A stretch of 59,561 nucleotides of DNA, counting the filler, from Stramenopiles sp. TOSAG23-6 (lineage: Eukaryota): NCBI GenBank assembly GCA_900128565.1. It is 11 parts of 11 records of this genome, joined end to end, with 100 filler letters (N's around TTAATTAATTAA, not from the genome) between each part and the next. Parts side by side here need not be neighbours in the genome. Positions count along the whole stretch, not along the records: positions 32,589 to 37,905 come from LT636930.1; positions 38,006 to 43,322 come from LT636931.1; positions 43,423 to 48,738 come from LT636932.1; 8 more parts are not named here. One strand, 5' to 3'. Within the stretch, counting starts at the first letter, position 1. Each line of letters opens with the position of its first letter. Of the stretch, positions 33,362-45,069 are shown in pieces. Under the pieces are notes generated by a model. It was given only the letters and a program-made list of their open reading frames with translations, was not told where the DNA came from and searched no databases. The position numbers were made by a program, and so were the translations under genes.

Positions 33362-36300
33362 CTATTTTTTATTAGTAACACACATCTTTACAGATAATCC
33401 TTTACTAGATCCAGGTTTCTCATTTAGGTGTCTTTTAAATCGCCGAGTATTTGAAAACTTCATTGGGGTTGATTGATTACCAGGTGTTGATTTCTTCTTT
33501 AGAAACCATGATTTCATATTATTTCTTCTTTGATCACGTCTTGAATGTGGTAACATGGATCTCGATGCAGTTTGTTTACTCAATAATTTTTCTCCCTTTA
33601 CAGATTTTAATGATTTTGTAGATTTAGATGATATTTTCAACATATTCCGTCTAGTTGGGAAACCACCATAGGTATTGATTGCATTCACTTTGTCCTTTGA
33701 GCCTTGTTCTATAACACTTGAAAGTGGTTTATTTCTTTTTTGTGAGGATCCTGTTCGATACGAACTCAATTTTCGATCTATTTCAAAATCATCTTTTTCA
33801 AGTATACCCGAAAGGTCCATATCCATATTTGATGATTGAATCAGTGATAATTTTTCCTTGTATTGTCTCAATAAATCCGTTAATTCACCCAATAAAATAT
33901 TATTCTCCTGTATAACTAAGTCAAACTCCGATTGCTTCATAGTAAATAATTTTCTAGTTTCTTCTAATTCTTGATTTGCTTGATTCAATTGATTTGTCTT
34001 GGCCTCAAGTTGCTTTGCAGCGTAGGCGGCTGTGCTTCGAATATGTTTCACTTTTAGTGACATTAAATGAGTTTCTCTGTTTACTTCTAACTCTAATTTA
34101 CGTTGAAATGTAACTGTTCTTGGTATTTTCATATCTTTAATTACTTGAGCAGTAATATTTTTTTGTAACTCCATGGTGAGGTTTTGACGCAAATCATGCT
34201 CCATTTTACGTTGAATCCTTTTTAATGTTTCTCCATCTATGCAGTTTTCTCCTTCTAAACCAAAAGTAGTAGGCTCATGATTGTGGGTATCAGAATTATC
34301 AACAACATTTGGACTAAGTAAGGATGAAGGATTTTTAATTCCTTCGTCGTTATTGGAGGGAGTATTAGGAAACATATTTAATGATTCATCTCCATCTAAC
34401 ATTTTCCTCATGCGAACATTCTCTGTCTTTAATGCTTTAATGTTTTGACTAAGTCTCTGAATATCCTTGTCCTTATTCTTGATTTTCAATGAAGACTGTG
34501 ATAGATCATCTTGCATTGTTCTATATCGTAGCTTCATTAGTTCACGTTCAGAATTTGCACTCGCAGTTTCTTTTGATAAACTCACAACTTTCTCCTCAAA
34601 TATGCTATTTTTCAATTGAGTCTTTTGCAAAGTATCTGATAACTTTTCTAGTTTTTCCTTTAATAAGACAGACATCTTTTCCATATTTTTTGCCTTTGAA
34701 TTTAACCTACGATTATTATCAGATAACTTTTTGTTGGAGTTCTTCACACTTGTATAATTTTTCATTTCAGATGTCATTTTTCGTACTTTTGACTCAGCAT
34801 CCTTTTCTGCCATGCGTGATTTCGCAAGTTTATTTTCGAGTTTAATTTTATCTTTAATTACATTTTGTAGTTTTTGAGCAGCGCCACCTCCTGAAAGAGC
34901 TTCTTCCAATTCCTCTATATTCGTTTTATAACGTAAAGTTGTTCGTTTAAAACTATCTCGTTCCTTTTCTAATTTTTTAATGCTTTTGTTCAATTTCTGA
35001 ATATGTATTGTGCTATCCTCCACTAGATGTTTTCTATCGGCATCAAAGTGTTCTTGTAGTCCTTTCACTTTTGTGGATAATATTGCAGCATCTCTAATCT
35101 GAACTCTTTGTAAATTCAATAATCCTGCATTGCGTGATTTTGCAAAATCATTTTTGAATCGTACTTGCAAATTGTGAATAGTATTCTGATTTTCCTCACA
35201 TATGTCTCCCAAAGTCGAAGTTAATGCATCTTTTACGCTAGATTGTACCAAATTTAACATGGAGTCTTGAATTCTTCTTTGCTCCGTGGCTAATCGAGAA
35301 GCATTCTTTGCAACGCGACTATAATGTATTCTATAGACATTTTCTGCTTCACCAAGTACTTTGCCCATCGCCTGCTTTGCAAAATCAGCTGCAATTTCAC
35401 GTCGCTTTGGCAGCGAACCTGCTTGTAATGCTCTATCTATAATATCCATAAATCTTTGATCCAGAGTTAGTCTCTCTGAATGAACTGACTGATGTACTTT
35501 CAACCCCTGTAATTTACTTACTAGGTCTTGTTCTGTACTCTTATCAGTGTCAAACTCTTTTATTTCATTGTTATCTAATTTGTCAACTTGGTTCATCGTG
35601 AAGTATTTCAATCTCAGCAAATCAAGTTGTTGAATCAAATTTGCCTCATTTATAGCAACCTGTTTTATATATTCTTTTTCTGAATGTTTCGCTTCGGTAA
35701 TTTTTGGTGAAGCTGTTGACGCTAAAGCATTCATTACATATGTACAGTATCTTTGAATAGTTGTAACATTGTTATTATCTTTTTCTAATACATTTACCGT
35801 GGCTGAGTTATTTGATTTATTGCCTATATCTATTTTAGTATCTCGGACCGAATTTCCATTTTTGCTCCGCGTTAAAAAGGACGCAGCCGCAAGTGGACAG
35901 AAGATTTTCCCTGGCCATTTTTTTATAGCAGAATAAACATGGTCACTATCTACATCAATATTGGATATCCATGAAATAACGTCTTCAAATCGAATTCTCG
36001 GTGTATTTGCAGTTGTACTCCGCAATAAATCCATTTTCATCACCATGGTAGGATCAACTTTTGAAATACTTCCCTGTTCTCCACCGTCAATTTTCGATAG
36101 TAACTTCTGAAACTCCGTTGTTAGTGCAGCATTGCCTAATGCAAGATTCAAATTTCTGCAACATTGTTTAAAACTTTGAAAGTCTATATCGTCATCTTCA
36201 TCTGAGTAAGCTTTTAAACAACTTAGACTCACCCAGACTTCAATAAAATGTAGACATATTTTGAGCAAAGTGTCTAAATTACTTTGCGTTACCCATGGTC

Positions 36301-36598
36301 CATCCAACTTTACATCGAGTTTGATATCACCACGTGTACACGCCTTTTGATGAGCTAATATACATGATTCGTCAAAAGCTTCTTTGCATTCGTTGAATAT
36401 TATCCATCTATCTTTTAGCTTATCAAACAACTGACGTGGATGAAATGCACGGACTCCTTCTTTATTAATTTCTTCCCAAAATGATACTCGTAATTTTGCC
36501 TTTGACAATATGTCAAATATTTCAGGTCTCGCAATATTGAGCTGACACAAGCTCTCGTCACATTTAGACCGCTGATGGGCCCGCAAAGTGCCACTCAT
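33362..36598 (-). CDS. Large intronless coiled-coil protein with a degenerate EF-hand-like segment
   Basis: >1000-aa ORF with heptad K/E/L-rich C-half; likely start MSGTLR at 36598. Confidence 0.8.
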   Translation of the reverse strand: MSGTLRAHQRSKCDESLCQLNIARPEIFDILSKAKLRVSFWEEINKEGVRAFHPRQLFDKLKDRWIIFNECKEAFDESCILAHQKACTRGDIKLDVKLDGPWVTQSNLDTLLKICLHFIEVWVSLSCLKAYSDEDDDIDFQSFKQCCRNLNLALGNAALTTEFQKLLSKIDGGEQGSISKVDPTMVMKMDLLRSTTANTPRIRFEDVISWISNIDVDSDHVYSAIKKWPGKIFCPLAAASFLTRSKNGNSVRDTKIDIGNKSNNSATVNVLEKDNNNVTTIQRYCTYVMNALASTASPKITEAKHSEKEYIKQVAINEANLIQQLDLLRLKYFTMNQVDKLDNNEIKEFDTDKSTEQDLVSKLQGLKVHQSVHSERLTLDQRFMDIIDRALQAGSLPKRREIAADFAKQAMGKVLGEAENVYRIHYSRVAKNASRLATEQRRIQDSMLNLVQSSVKDALTSTLGDICEENQNTIHNLQVRFKNDFAKSRNAGLLNLQRVQIRDAAILSTKVKGLQEHFDADRKHLVEDSTIHIQKLNKSIKKLEKERDSFKRTTLRYKTNIEELEEALSGGGAAQKLQNVIKDKIKLENKLAKSRMAEKDAESKVRKMTSEMKNYTSVKNSNKKLSDNNRRLNSKAKNMEKMSVLLKEKLEKLSDTLQKTQLKNSIFEEKVVSLSKETASANSERELMKLRYRTMQDDLSQSSLKIKNKDKDIQRLSQNIKALKTENVRMRKMLDGDESLNMFPNTPSNNDEGIKNPSSLLSPNVVDNSDTHNHEPTTFGLEGENCIDGETLKRIQRKMEHDLRQNLTMELQKNITAQVIKDMKIPRTVTFQRKLELEVNRETHLMSLKVKHIRSTAAYAAKQLEAKTNQLNQANQELEETRKLFTMKQSEFDLVIQENNILLGELTDLLRQYKEKLSLIQSSNMDMDLSGILEKDDFEIDRKLSSYRTGSSQKRNKPLSSVIEQGSKDKVNAINTYGGFPTRRNMLKISSKSTKSLKSVKGEKLLSKQTASRSMLPHSRRDQRRNNMKSWFLKKKSTPGNQSTPMKFSNTRRFKRHLNEKPGSSKGLSVKMCVTNKK

Positions 36599-36753
36599 TG
36601 TGTGTAAGATGATAAATATAGCGACAATGATCTGATACCCTAGTAAGACCTCTTTCGTGTGTACACGTAACTGCCCGTGTAACTGTCGGTTAATAAAGGG
36701 AAAACAAACATCGGAAAAGCTACACAAAAACGAAGAATATTTGTTCTCTGTAG

Positions 36754-37893
36754 ATGTTTTCTTCTCTAGACAATAGTTTTGAGGAAATAAAGAGTCCCGG
36801 GAATCGACCACTTCAACGAACGATTGACTTGGATGGGACAAAGGCAAAGAGATTTACGCGAGCAAGGCACCAAAAAGTGCAGAAGGAAGAACCAGAAGAA
36901 CTACGTTGGAATACTGCCTCAATCAATACAGGCTTCGGAAACGATGAATTTGACGAGACCTGGGACGTTGCTGATTTCGGTGATGATATTGAAGAAGAAG
37001 AAATTACAGTTCCAGAGACCTTTTCTCGGACAAATGCGTTGCAAGCCATAAAAGACGCGCGGGGTGCCGGAACATCCACCTCAACTATTTCCACAGAAAG
37101 ACGAAATCGCAATTCCCCTAGAAAGTCTGAGAGACCAAAGGTAAAGAGTAATACTGGCTGGGGAGAGACGAGCAACATAACACCTAAATACACCGGTTTT
37201 ACAAGAAGTGGACAGAATTCAGACAGCGATGATATTATCATATCAGATGATGATGCGTCCACTCCTGCATTTTCGAAAGAAGTTGAGAAGAATAGCTACG
37301 AGAAGAACGGAGATCACGAGGATTCCAAAAATAATAAAGATTATAGAGAAGAAAAAGAACTATTTCGCGAAACTGCTGATAAAGATAGACTTACTACAAT
37401 GTCAAATAGTAGGTCATCATCGCCCAGGAAAATATTCTCAACAAATGACGAAATGCATCAAAGTATTGAAATGAAAGATAAACTTTCTCCGAAAAAAAGT
37501 GCACCATCAAGTACGTCACCATCAAAATCTAAATCTAAATCTAAATCTAAATCTACATCTAAATCTAAAAGTCCAGTAAAGAAGGGTCGAACAGAATCTA
37601 GACAAGAAACTCAAAAGCCAACAGCAGACAACATAAGTCAAATTAAAGCTGATTTGCAAAGTCTCGAAAAAGATCTGATGAGAGCCCAAGAAAATAGAAA
37701 CTGGGGTCGGTGTGCTGAAATTGATGAAAAAATTAAAGAACTCAAGAATATTTTAAATAATCCAAATGATGCGTCATTATTCAAGAAATATTCCGGTAAT
37801 AGTAATGCTGATGCCTCCCTAGCGGAGTCTATTATAGTTTTGAAGGCCGCAAACAAATTGAAAAAAAAGAAAAGATTTTGCATTCTTCAATAA
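36754..37893 (+). CDS. Disordered protein with UVR-like helical hairpin and polybasic CaaX tail
   Basis: LEKDLMRAQENRNWGRCAEIDEKIKEL; ends KKKKRFCILQ*. Confidence 0.75.
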   Translation: MFSSLDNSFEEIKSPGNRPLQRTIDLDGTKAKRFTRARHQKVQKEEPEELRWNTASINTGFGNDEFDETWDVADFGDDIEEEEITVPETFSRTNALQAIKDARGAGTSTSTISTERRNRNSPRKSERPKVKSNTGWGETSNITPKYTGFTRSGQNSDSDDIIISDDDASTPAFSKEVEKNSYEKNGDHEDSKNNKDYREEKELFRETADKDRLTTMSNSRSSSPRKIFSTNDEMHQSIEMKDKLSPKKSAPSSTSPSKSKSKSKSKSTSKSKSPVKKGRTESRQETQKPTADNISQIKADLQSLEKDLMRAQENRNWGRCAEIDEKIKELKNILNNPNDASLFKKYSGNSNADASLAESIIVLKAANKLKKKKRFCILQ

Positions 37894-38005
37894 ATTAATA
37901 ATTTTNNNNNNNNNNNNNNNNNNNNNNNNNNNNNNNNNNNNNNNNNNNNTTAATTAATTAANNNNNNNNNNNNNNNNNNNNNNNNNNNNNNNNNNNNNNN
38001 NNNNN

Positions 38006-38637
38006 AGAGACAGGGTGAAATGGTTAAAGTCACAGATGTGCCACCTAGTTGGAAGCTGGCATCTGTAGCAACCACTAAACAGCCAAAAGTTGAAATAAAA
38101 CATGAATCTTCAATTATTGCAAAACATGATGTCCCGATATTGAATAAGGCTCAACAAGTAGTTAAAAACAAATCCAACTCAAGTGCAAATGACCACCAAA
38201 AAGTTAAAGACGAATTCAACTCAAGTGCAAATGACCAACAAGTAGTTAAGAACGAATTGAATTCAGGTGATGAACGTGCTTGTAATATCGATAATGAAAT
38301 ATTATTACCACGTGTAAAAACTATCATGCGAGAAATGTTGAAAACCCTAATTTTAGCTGCAGATCTTTCATCGACCACAGGACGAATACTCAGGAAAACT
38401 TTACAGAAGGAATATGAAAGTTCTAGTGAATTGTCTAGGTACGTTTCCATCATGATTTTTTCATACTCGATTTTTTTTTCGTAAATTTATATACACCTAC
38501 TAATAATTTTTCTTTCATTTATTTTTGCACCATATATGATCCAAATCATCAACTGGGAGAATCATTCAGTGAAAATGTTCATCAGAAATCAAATTAGGGA
38601 ACTAAGTGCTGAAGTGTTTAAAAAGAGTGATGCTTAA
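38006..38637 (+). CDS. DEK_C-like protein (duplicate contig)
   Basis: Identical copy. Confidence 0.7.
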
Positions 38638-38778
38638 AAGTATAGTATAGTTTATTTAGTCAAATATCAAGATAAATTTTCAATATATCATTCATATAGT
38701 TTTATAAATTGTGCTTTATCAAATATTTCATAGAATTTTTTGTACCTAACATTTTTTTTTCCTTTTTTGAGTCTTCCA

Positions 38779-41700
38779 CTATTTTTTATTAGTAACACAC
38801 ATCTTTACAGATAATCCTTTACTAGATCCAGGTTTCTCATTTAGGTGTCTTTTAAATCGCCGAGTATTTGAAAACTTCATTGGGGTTGATTGATTACCAG
38901 GTGTTGATTTCTTCTTTAGAAACCATGATTTCATATTATTTCTTCTTTGATCACGTCTTGAATGTGGTAACATGGATCTCGATGCAGTTTGTTTACTCAA
39001 TAATTTTTCTCCCTTTACAGATTTTAATGATTTTGTAGATTTAGATGATATTTTCAACATATTCCGTCTAGTTGGGAAACCACCATAGGTATTGATTGCA
39101 TTCACTTTGTCCTTTGAGCCTTGTTCTATAACACTTGAAAGTGGTTTATTTCTTTTTTGTGAGGATCCTGTTCGATACGAACTCAATTTTCGATCTATTT
39201 CAAAATCATCTTTTTCAAGTATACCCGAAAGGTCCATATCCATATTTGATGATTGAATCAGTGATAATTTTTCCTTGTATTGTCTCAATAAATCCGTTAA
39301 TTCACCCAATAAAATATTATTCTCCTGTATAACTAAGTCAAACTCCGATTGCTTCATAGTAAATAATTTTCTAGTTTCTTCTAATTCTTGATTTGCTTGA
39401 TTCAATTGATTTGTCTTGGCCTCAAGTTGCTTTGCAGCGTAGGCGGCTGTGCTTCGAATATGTTTCACTTTTAGTGACATTAAATGAGTTTCTCTGTTTA
39501 CTTCTAACTCTAATTTACGTTGAAATGTAACTGTTCTTGGTATTTTCATATCTTTAATTACTTGAGCAGTAATATTTTTTTGTAACTCCATGGTGAGGTT
39601 TTGACGCAAATCATGCTCCATTTTACGTTGAATCCTTTTTAATGTTTCTCCATCTATGCAGTTTTCTCCTTCTAAACCAAAAGTAGTAGGCTCATGATTG
39701 TGGGTATCAGAATTATCAACAACATTTGGACTAAGTAAGGATGAAGGATTTTTAATTCCTTCGTCGTTATTGGAGGGAGTATTAGGAAACATATTTAATG
39801 ATTCATCTCCATCTAACATTTTCCTCATGCGAACATTCTCTGTCTTTAATGCTTTAATGTTTTGACTAAGTCTCTGAATATCCTTGTCCTTATTCTTGAT
39901 TTTCAATGAAGACTGTGATAGATCATCTTGCATTGTTCTATATCGTAGCTTCATTAGTTCACGTTCAGAATTTGCACTCGCAGTTTCTTTTGATAAACTC
40001 ACAACTTTCTCCTCAAATATGCTATTTTTCAATTGAGTCTTTTGCAAAGTATCTGATAACTTTTCTAGTTTTTCCTTTAATAAGACAGACATCTTTTCCA
40101 TATTTTTTGCCTTTGAATTTAACCTACGATTATTATCAGATAACTTTTTGTTGGAGTTCTTCACACTTGTATAATTTTTCATTTCAGATGTCATTTTTCG
40201 TACTTTTGACTCAGCATCCTTTTCTGCCATGCGTGATTTCGCAAGTTTATTTTCGAGTTTAATTTTATCTTTAATTACATTTTGTAGTTTTTGAGCAGCG
40301 CCACCTCCTGAAAGAGCTTCTTCCAATTCCTCTATATTCGTTTTATAACGTAAAGTTGTTCGTTTAAAACTATCTCGTTCCTTTTCTAATTTTTTAATGC
40401 TTTTGTTCAATTTCTGAATATGTATTGTGCTATCCTCCACTAGATGTTTTCTATCGGCATCAAAGTGTTCTTGTAGTCCTTTCACTTTTGTGGATAATAT
40501 TGCAGCATCTCTAATCTGAACTCTTTGTAAATTCAATAATCCTGCATTGCGTGATTTTGCAAAATCATTTTTGAATCGTACTTGCAAATTGTGAATAGTA
40601 TTCTGATTTTCCTCACATATGTCTCCCAAAGTCGAAGTTAATGCATCTTTTACGCTAGATTGTACCAAATTTAACATGGAGTCTTGAATTCTTCTTTGCT
40701 CCGTGGCTAATCGAGAAGCATTCTTTGCAACGCGACTATAATGTATTCTATAGACATTTTCTGCTTCACCAAGTACTTTGCCCATCGCCTGCTTTGCAAA
40801 ATCAGCTGCAATTTCACGTCGCTTTGGCAGCGAACCTGCTTGTAATGCTCTATCTATAATATCCATAAATCTTTGATCCAGAGTTAGTCTCTCTGAATGA
40901 ACTGACTGATGTACTTTCAACCCCTGTAATTTACTTACTAGGTCTTGTTCTGTACTCTTATCAGTGTCAAACTCTTTTATTTCATTGTTATCTAATTTGT
41001 CAACTTGGTTCATCGTGAAGTATTTCAATCTCAGCAAATCAAGTTGTTGAATCAAATTTGCCTCATTTATAGCAACCTGTTTTATATATTCTTTTTCTGA
41101 ATGTTTCGCTTCGGTAATTTTTGGTGAAGCTGTTGACGCTAAAGCATTCATTACATATGTACAGTATCTTTGAATAGTTGTAACATTGTTATTATCTTTT
41201 TCTAATACATTTACCGTGGCTGAGTTATTTGATTTATTGCCTATATCTATTTTAGTATCTCGGACCGAATTTCCATTTTTGCTCCGCGTTAAAAAGGACG
41301 CAGCCGCAAGTGGACAGAAGATTTTCCCTGGCCATTTTTTTATAGCAGAATAAACATGGTCACTATCTACATCAATATTGGATATCCATGAAATAACGTC
41401 TTCAAATCGAATTCTCGGTGTATTTGCAGTTGTACTCCGCAATAAATCCATTTTCATCACCATGGTAGGATCAACTTTTGAAATACTTCCCTGTTCTCCA
41501 CCGTCAATTTTCGATAGTAACTTCTGAAACTCCGTTGTTAGTGCAGCATTGCCTAATGCAAGATTCAAATTTCTGCAACATTGTTTAAAACTTTGAAAGT
41601 CTATATCGTCATCTTCATCTGAGTAAGCTTTTAAACAACTTAGACTCACCCAGACTTCAATAAAATGTAGACATATTTTGAGCAAAGTGTCTAAATTACT

Positions 41701-42015
41701 TTGCGTTACCCATGGTCCATCCAACTTTACATCGAGTTTGATATCACCACGTGTACACGCCTTTTGATGAGCTAATATACATGATTCGTCAAAAGCTTCT
41801 TTGCATTCGTTGAATATTATCCATCTATCTTTTAGCTTATCAAACAACTGACGTGGATGAAATGCACGGACTCCTTCTTTATTAATTTCTTCCCAAAATG
41901 ATACTCGTAATTTTGCCTTTGACAATATGTCAAATATTTCAGGTCTCGCAATATTGAGCTGACACAAGCTCTCGTCACATTTAGACCGCTGATGGGCCCG
42001 CAAAGTGCCACTCAT
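38779..42015 (-). CDS. Coiled-coil protein (duplicate contig)
   Basis: Identical copy. Confidence 0.8.
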   Translation of the reverse strand: MSGTLRAHQRSKCDESLCQLNIARPEIFDILSKAKLRVSFWEEINKEGVRAFHPRQLFDKLKDRWIIFNECKEAFDESCILAHQKACTRGDIKLDVKLDGPWVTQSNLDTLLKICLHFIEVWVSLSCLKAYSDEDDDIDFQSFKQCCRNLNLALGNAALTTEFQKLLSKIDGGEQGSISKVDPTMVMKMDLLRSTTANTPRIRFEDVISWISNIDVDSDHVYSAIKKWPGKIFCPLAAASFLTRSKNGNSVRDTKIDIGNKSNNSATVNVLEKDNNNVTTIQRYCTYVMNALASTASPKITEAKHSEKEYIKQVAINEANLIQQLDLLRLKYFTMNQVDKLDNNEIKEFDTDKSTEQDLVSKLQGLKVHQSVHSERLTLDQRFMDIIDRALQAGSLPKRREIAADFAKQAMGKVLGEAENVYRIHYSRVAKNASRLATEQRRIQDSMLNLVQSSVKDALTSTLGDICEENQNTIHNLQVRFKNDFAKSRNAGLLNLQRVQIRDAAILSTKVKGLQEHFDADRKHLVEDSTIHIQKLNKSIKKLEKERDSFKRTTLRYKTNIEELEEALSGGGAAQKLQNVIKDKIKLENKLAKSRMAEKDAESKVRKMTSEMKNYTSVKNSNKKLSDNNRRLNSKAKNMEKMSVLLKEKLEKLSDTLQKTQLKNSIFEEKVVSLSKETASANSERELMKLRYRTMQDDLSQSSLKIKNKDKDIQRLSQNIKALKTENVRMRKMLDGDESLNMFPNTPSNNDEGIKNPSSLLSPNVVDNSDTHNHEPTTFGLEGENCIDGETLKRIQRKMEHDLRQNLTMELQKNITAQVIKDMKIPRTVTFQRKLELEVNRETHLMSLKVKHIRSTAAYAAKQLEAKTNQLNQANQELEETRKLFTMKQSEFDLVIQENNILLGELTDLLRQYKEKLSLIQSSNMDMDLSGILEKDDFEIDRKLSSYRTGSSQKRNKPLSSVIEQGSKDKVNAINTYGGFPTRRNMLKISSKSTKSLKSVKGEKLLSKQTASRSMLPHSRRDQRRNNMKSWFLKKKSTPGNQSTPMKFSNTRRFKRHLNEKPGSSKGLSVKMCVTNKK

Positions 42016-42170
42016 TGTGTGTAAGATGATAAATATAGCGACAATGATCTGATACCCTAGTAAGACCTCTTTCGTGTGTACACGTAACTGCCCGTGTAAC
42101 TGTCGGTTAATAAAGGGAAAACAAACATCGGAAAAGCTACACAAAAACGAAGAATATTTGTTCTCTGTAG

Positions 42171-43310
42171 ATGTTTTCTTCTCTAGACAATAGTTTTGAG
42201 GAAATAAAGAGTCCCGGGAATCGACCACTTCAACGAACGATTGACTTGGATGGGACAAAGGCAAAGAGATTTACGCGAGCAAGGCACCAAAAAGTGCAGA
42301 AGGAAGAACCAGAAGAACTACGTTGGAATACTGCCTCAATCAATACAGGCTTCGGAAACGATGAATTTGACGAGACCTGGGACGTTGCTGATTTCGGTGA
42401 TGATATTGAAGAAGAAGAAATTACAGTTCCAGAGACCTTTTCTCGGACAAATGCGTTGCAAGCCATAAAAGACGCGCGGGGTGCCGGAACATCCACCTCA
42501 ACTATTTCCACAGAAAGACGAAATCGCAATTCCCCTAGAAAGTCTGAGAGACCAAAGGTAAAGAGTAATACTGGCTGGGGAGAGACGAGCAACATAACAC
42601 CTAAATACACCGGTTTTACAAGAAGTGGACAGAATTCAGACAGCGATGATATTATCATATCAGATGATGATGCGTCCACTCCTGCATTTTCGAAAGAAGT
42701 TGAGAAGAATAGCTACGAGAAGAACGGAGATCACGAGGATTCCAAAAATAATAAAGATTATAGAGAAGAAAAAGAACTATTTCGCGAAACTGCTGATAAA
42801 GATAGACTTACTACAATGTCAAATAGTAGGTCATCATCGCCCAGGAAAATATTCTCAACAAATGACGAAATGCATCAAAGTATTGAAATGAAAGATAAAC
42901 TTTCTCCGAAAAAAAGTGCACCATCAAGTACGTCACCATCAAAATCTAAATCTAAATCTAAATCTAAATCTACATCTAAATCTAAAAGTCCAGTAAAGAA
43001 GGGTCGAACAGAATCTAGACAAGAAACTCAAAAGCCAACAGCAGACAACATAAGTCAAATTAAAGCTGATTTGCAAAGTCTCGAAAAAGATCTGATGAGA
43101 GCCCAAGAAAATAGAAACTGGGGTCGGTGTGCTGAAATTGATGAAAAAATTAAAGAACTCAAGAATATTTTAAATAATCCAAATGATGCGTCATTATTCA
43201 AGAAATATTCCGGTAATAGTAATGCTGATGCCTCCCTAGCGGAGTCTATTATAGTTTTGAAGGCCGCAAACAAATTGAAAAAAAAGAAAAGATTTTGCAT
43301 TCTTCAATAA
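42171..43310 (+). CDS. CaaX-tailed protein (duplicate contig)
   Basis: Identical copy. Confidence 0.75.
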   Translation: MFSSLDNSFEEIKSPGNRPLQRTIDLDGTKAKRFTRARHQKVQKEEPEELRWNTASINTGFGNDEFDETWDVADFGDDIEEEEITVPETFSRTNALQAIKDARGAGTSTSTISTERRNRNSPRKSERPKVKSNTGWGETSNITPKYTGFTRSGQNSDSDDIIISDDDASTPAFSKEVEKNSYEKNGDHEDSKNNKDYREEKELFRETADKDRLTTMSNSRSSSPRKIFSTNDEMHQSIEMKDKLSPKKSAPSSTSPSKSKSKSKSKSTSKSKSPVKKGRTESRQETQKPTADNISQIKADLQSLEKDLMRAQENRNWGRCAEIDEKIKELKNILNNPNDASLFKKYSGNSNADASLAESIIVLKAANKLKKKKRFCILQ

Positions 43311-43474
43311 ATTAATAATTTTNNNNNNNNNNNNNNNNNNNNNNNNNNNNNNNNNNNNNNNNNNNNTTAATTAATTAANNNNNNNNNNNNNNNNNNNNNN
43401 NNNNNNNNNNNNNNNNNNNNNNTGTACCTAACAAATTTAAGTTTTTTTTTTTGAAATATTTTTCCAAAATACAT

Positions 43475-44876
43475 TGGATTAACGGAGGAGAGTATAAAAA
43501 AAGTCGTAGAGAAGGTCGTAATGCATCGATTCAGGATAGACCATTGACAGGATCCCGTTCAGGTTCTCGTTCTTCAAGGGTGAGAAATAAAATGGAATTC
43601 GTGAACTCACATCAGGGAGGTGATACTCAGCAAATTCGAAATTCGTTAGGTACGAAATTTGGTACGAAAAAAAACAATTCAATTTCGAATTTGTCAAGTG
43701 ACACCCCTTTGGATTCTAATACTGTACAAATATCAAATATGCAACATATTAACGATATGAGGCGACAGAGAGAAAACATGAATCGTAATAGAATGAAAGC
43801 TGCTTATGTTTGTTTTCATCATTAATTTTAAATTATTTTTTTCCCCTAGAAAATTTCATACCTTATGATTTTTCTGACCAATTTTGAATTTAATATATTT
43901 TTTTATTATTCATAGTGCAGGGGGATGCCGTAGAAATTCTCCGAGGAGAAAATACTCTGATGGTTTGGGTCTTTGGTCTGATTATGTGCACTCCAGAAGT
44001 ATTCACAAAAACCCTAACCCTAACTCCAGAAGTATTCAAAAAAATCAAAGAAACATNTCTAGAAATATGACGTCACAAAATAATTATGAGATCAATAATA
44101 ATCATCAAAGACAATTATTGTCNAATCAGCCAAACAATGAGTCAAATATGCCTAATTTGTATAAAAGTGAAATGTCAAACNGTAGCTCTAGTATGCCTAA
44201 TTTGTATAAATATAGAAAAAAATATCCTAGAAAGTCGAATATTCGCAATATAAATGATACGAAAAGTATTAACCCTACAAACCCTAACCCTAGTTCGATA
44301 CATTTCAAGCACGAAAACCAAACACAAGGAATGACAANAAAAATTAAAATATCGCCCATTACGACTTTAGTTGAACCCAACTTTGAAAATAAATATCACA
44401 ACGCACGCAAGAATTATTATACTGGAAATAGTCCGAGTATAAATAAAAGATATCAACAAAATTTTGATAGTAGTAATAGTCGAAATAGTACCAAGGTAAA
44501 ATTTTCCAATGTCAAAAGTGTATCCAATTATCATGACATACATAAAACATACAAGTACAAAAATAATACTGGAAATTATAGTAACCAAATACATAAAAAC
44601 AACACTGGAAATTATAATACACAAATATACAAAAATAATACTGGAAATTATAATACCCAAATACAGAGCAGGAGACGAGGATCTTCCAAGCATTTTTTTT
44701 CAAATGCTTCAAACATTTTGAAAAATGATACACGAGAAACTAATTCTCGAAAACATAATGTAAATAAACGACTGGAGNACACAAAAAACACACAATTACT
44801 ACCACCGAGACACTCTAAAACAGCACCAGCAACAATTCGAAAAAAACATTATTATAATCGAACATCATTATGGTAA
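43475..44876 (+). CDS. N/K/S-rich hypothetical protein, 5' partial (exons 43475-43807, 43914-44876)
   Basis: Two ORFs joined in frame by a family intron. Confidence 0.55.
43631..43693 (-). mobile_element. 63-bp MITE-like unit: intron core in antisense, flanked by 13-bp perfect inverted repeats
   Basis: CAAATTCGAAATT...AATTTCGAATTTG enclosing GTTAGGTACGAAATTTGGTACGAAAA. Confidence 0.5.
43808..43913 (+). other. GT-AT family intron (106 bp)
   Basis: TAT|GTTTGTTTTCATCATT...ATTATTCAT|AGT; adjacent AGs are out of frame. Confidence 0.65.
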
Positions 44877-45069
44877 GAAAATAGGTTTGTATGATAATTT
44901 ATCTGTCAAATCTTATTACACTAATAAATTCAAAAAATATAAAATTATAAAGAAAAATAATCTCAAATAATATAAATCATTTATACCCAAAATAGTCATA
45001 TAAGATTTGTATAATAATCCTGCTTTATTTAGAATCATCAAATGTGTGATAAAAATAAAATAAATGGAA

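Larger units (their letters stand above)
32589..43322. repeat. Two apparently identical copies of a 5317-bp contig (32589-37905, 38006-43322); artefact
   Basis: Identical ORFs at a 5417-bp period with spacer. Confidence 0.97.

Noticed and set aside
36599-36847. Overlap of the 1161-aa and 379-aa ORFs
   Set aside because: Results from extension to a non-ATG start; the likely start is 36598
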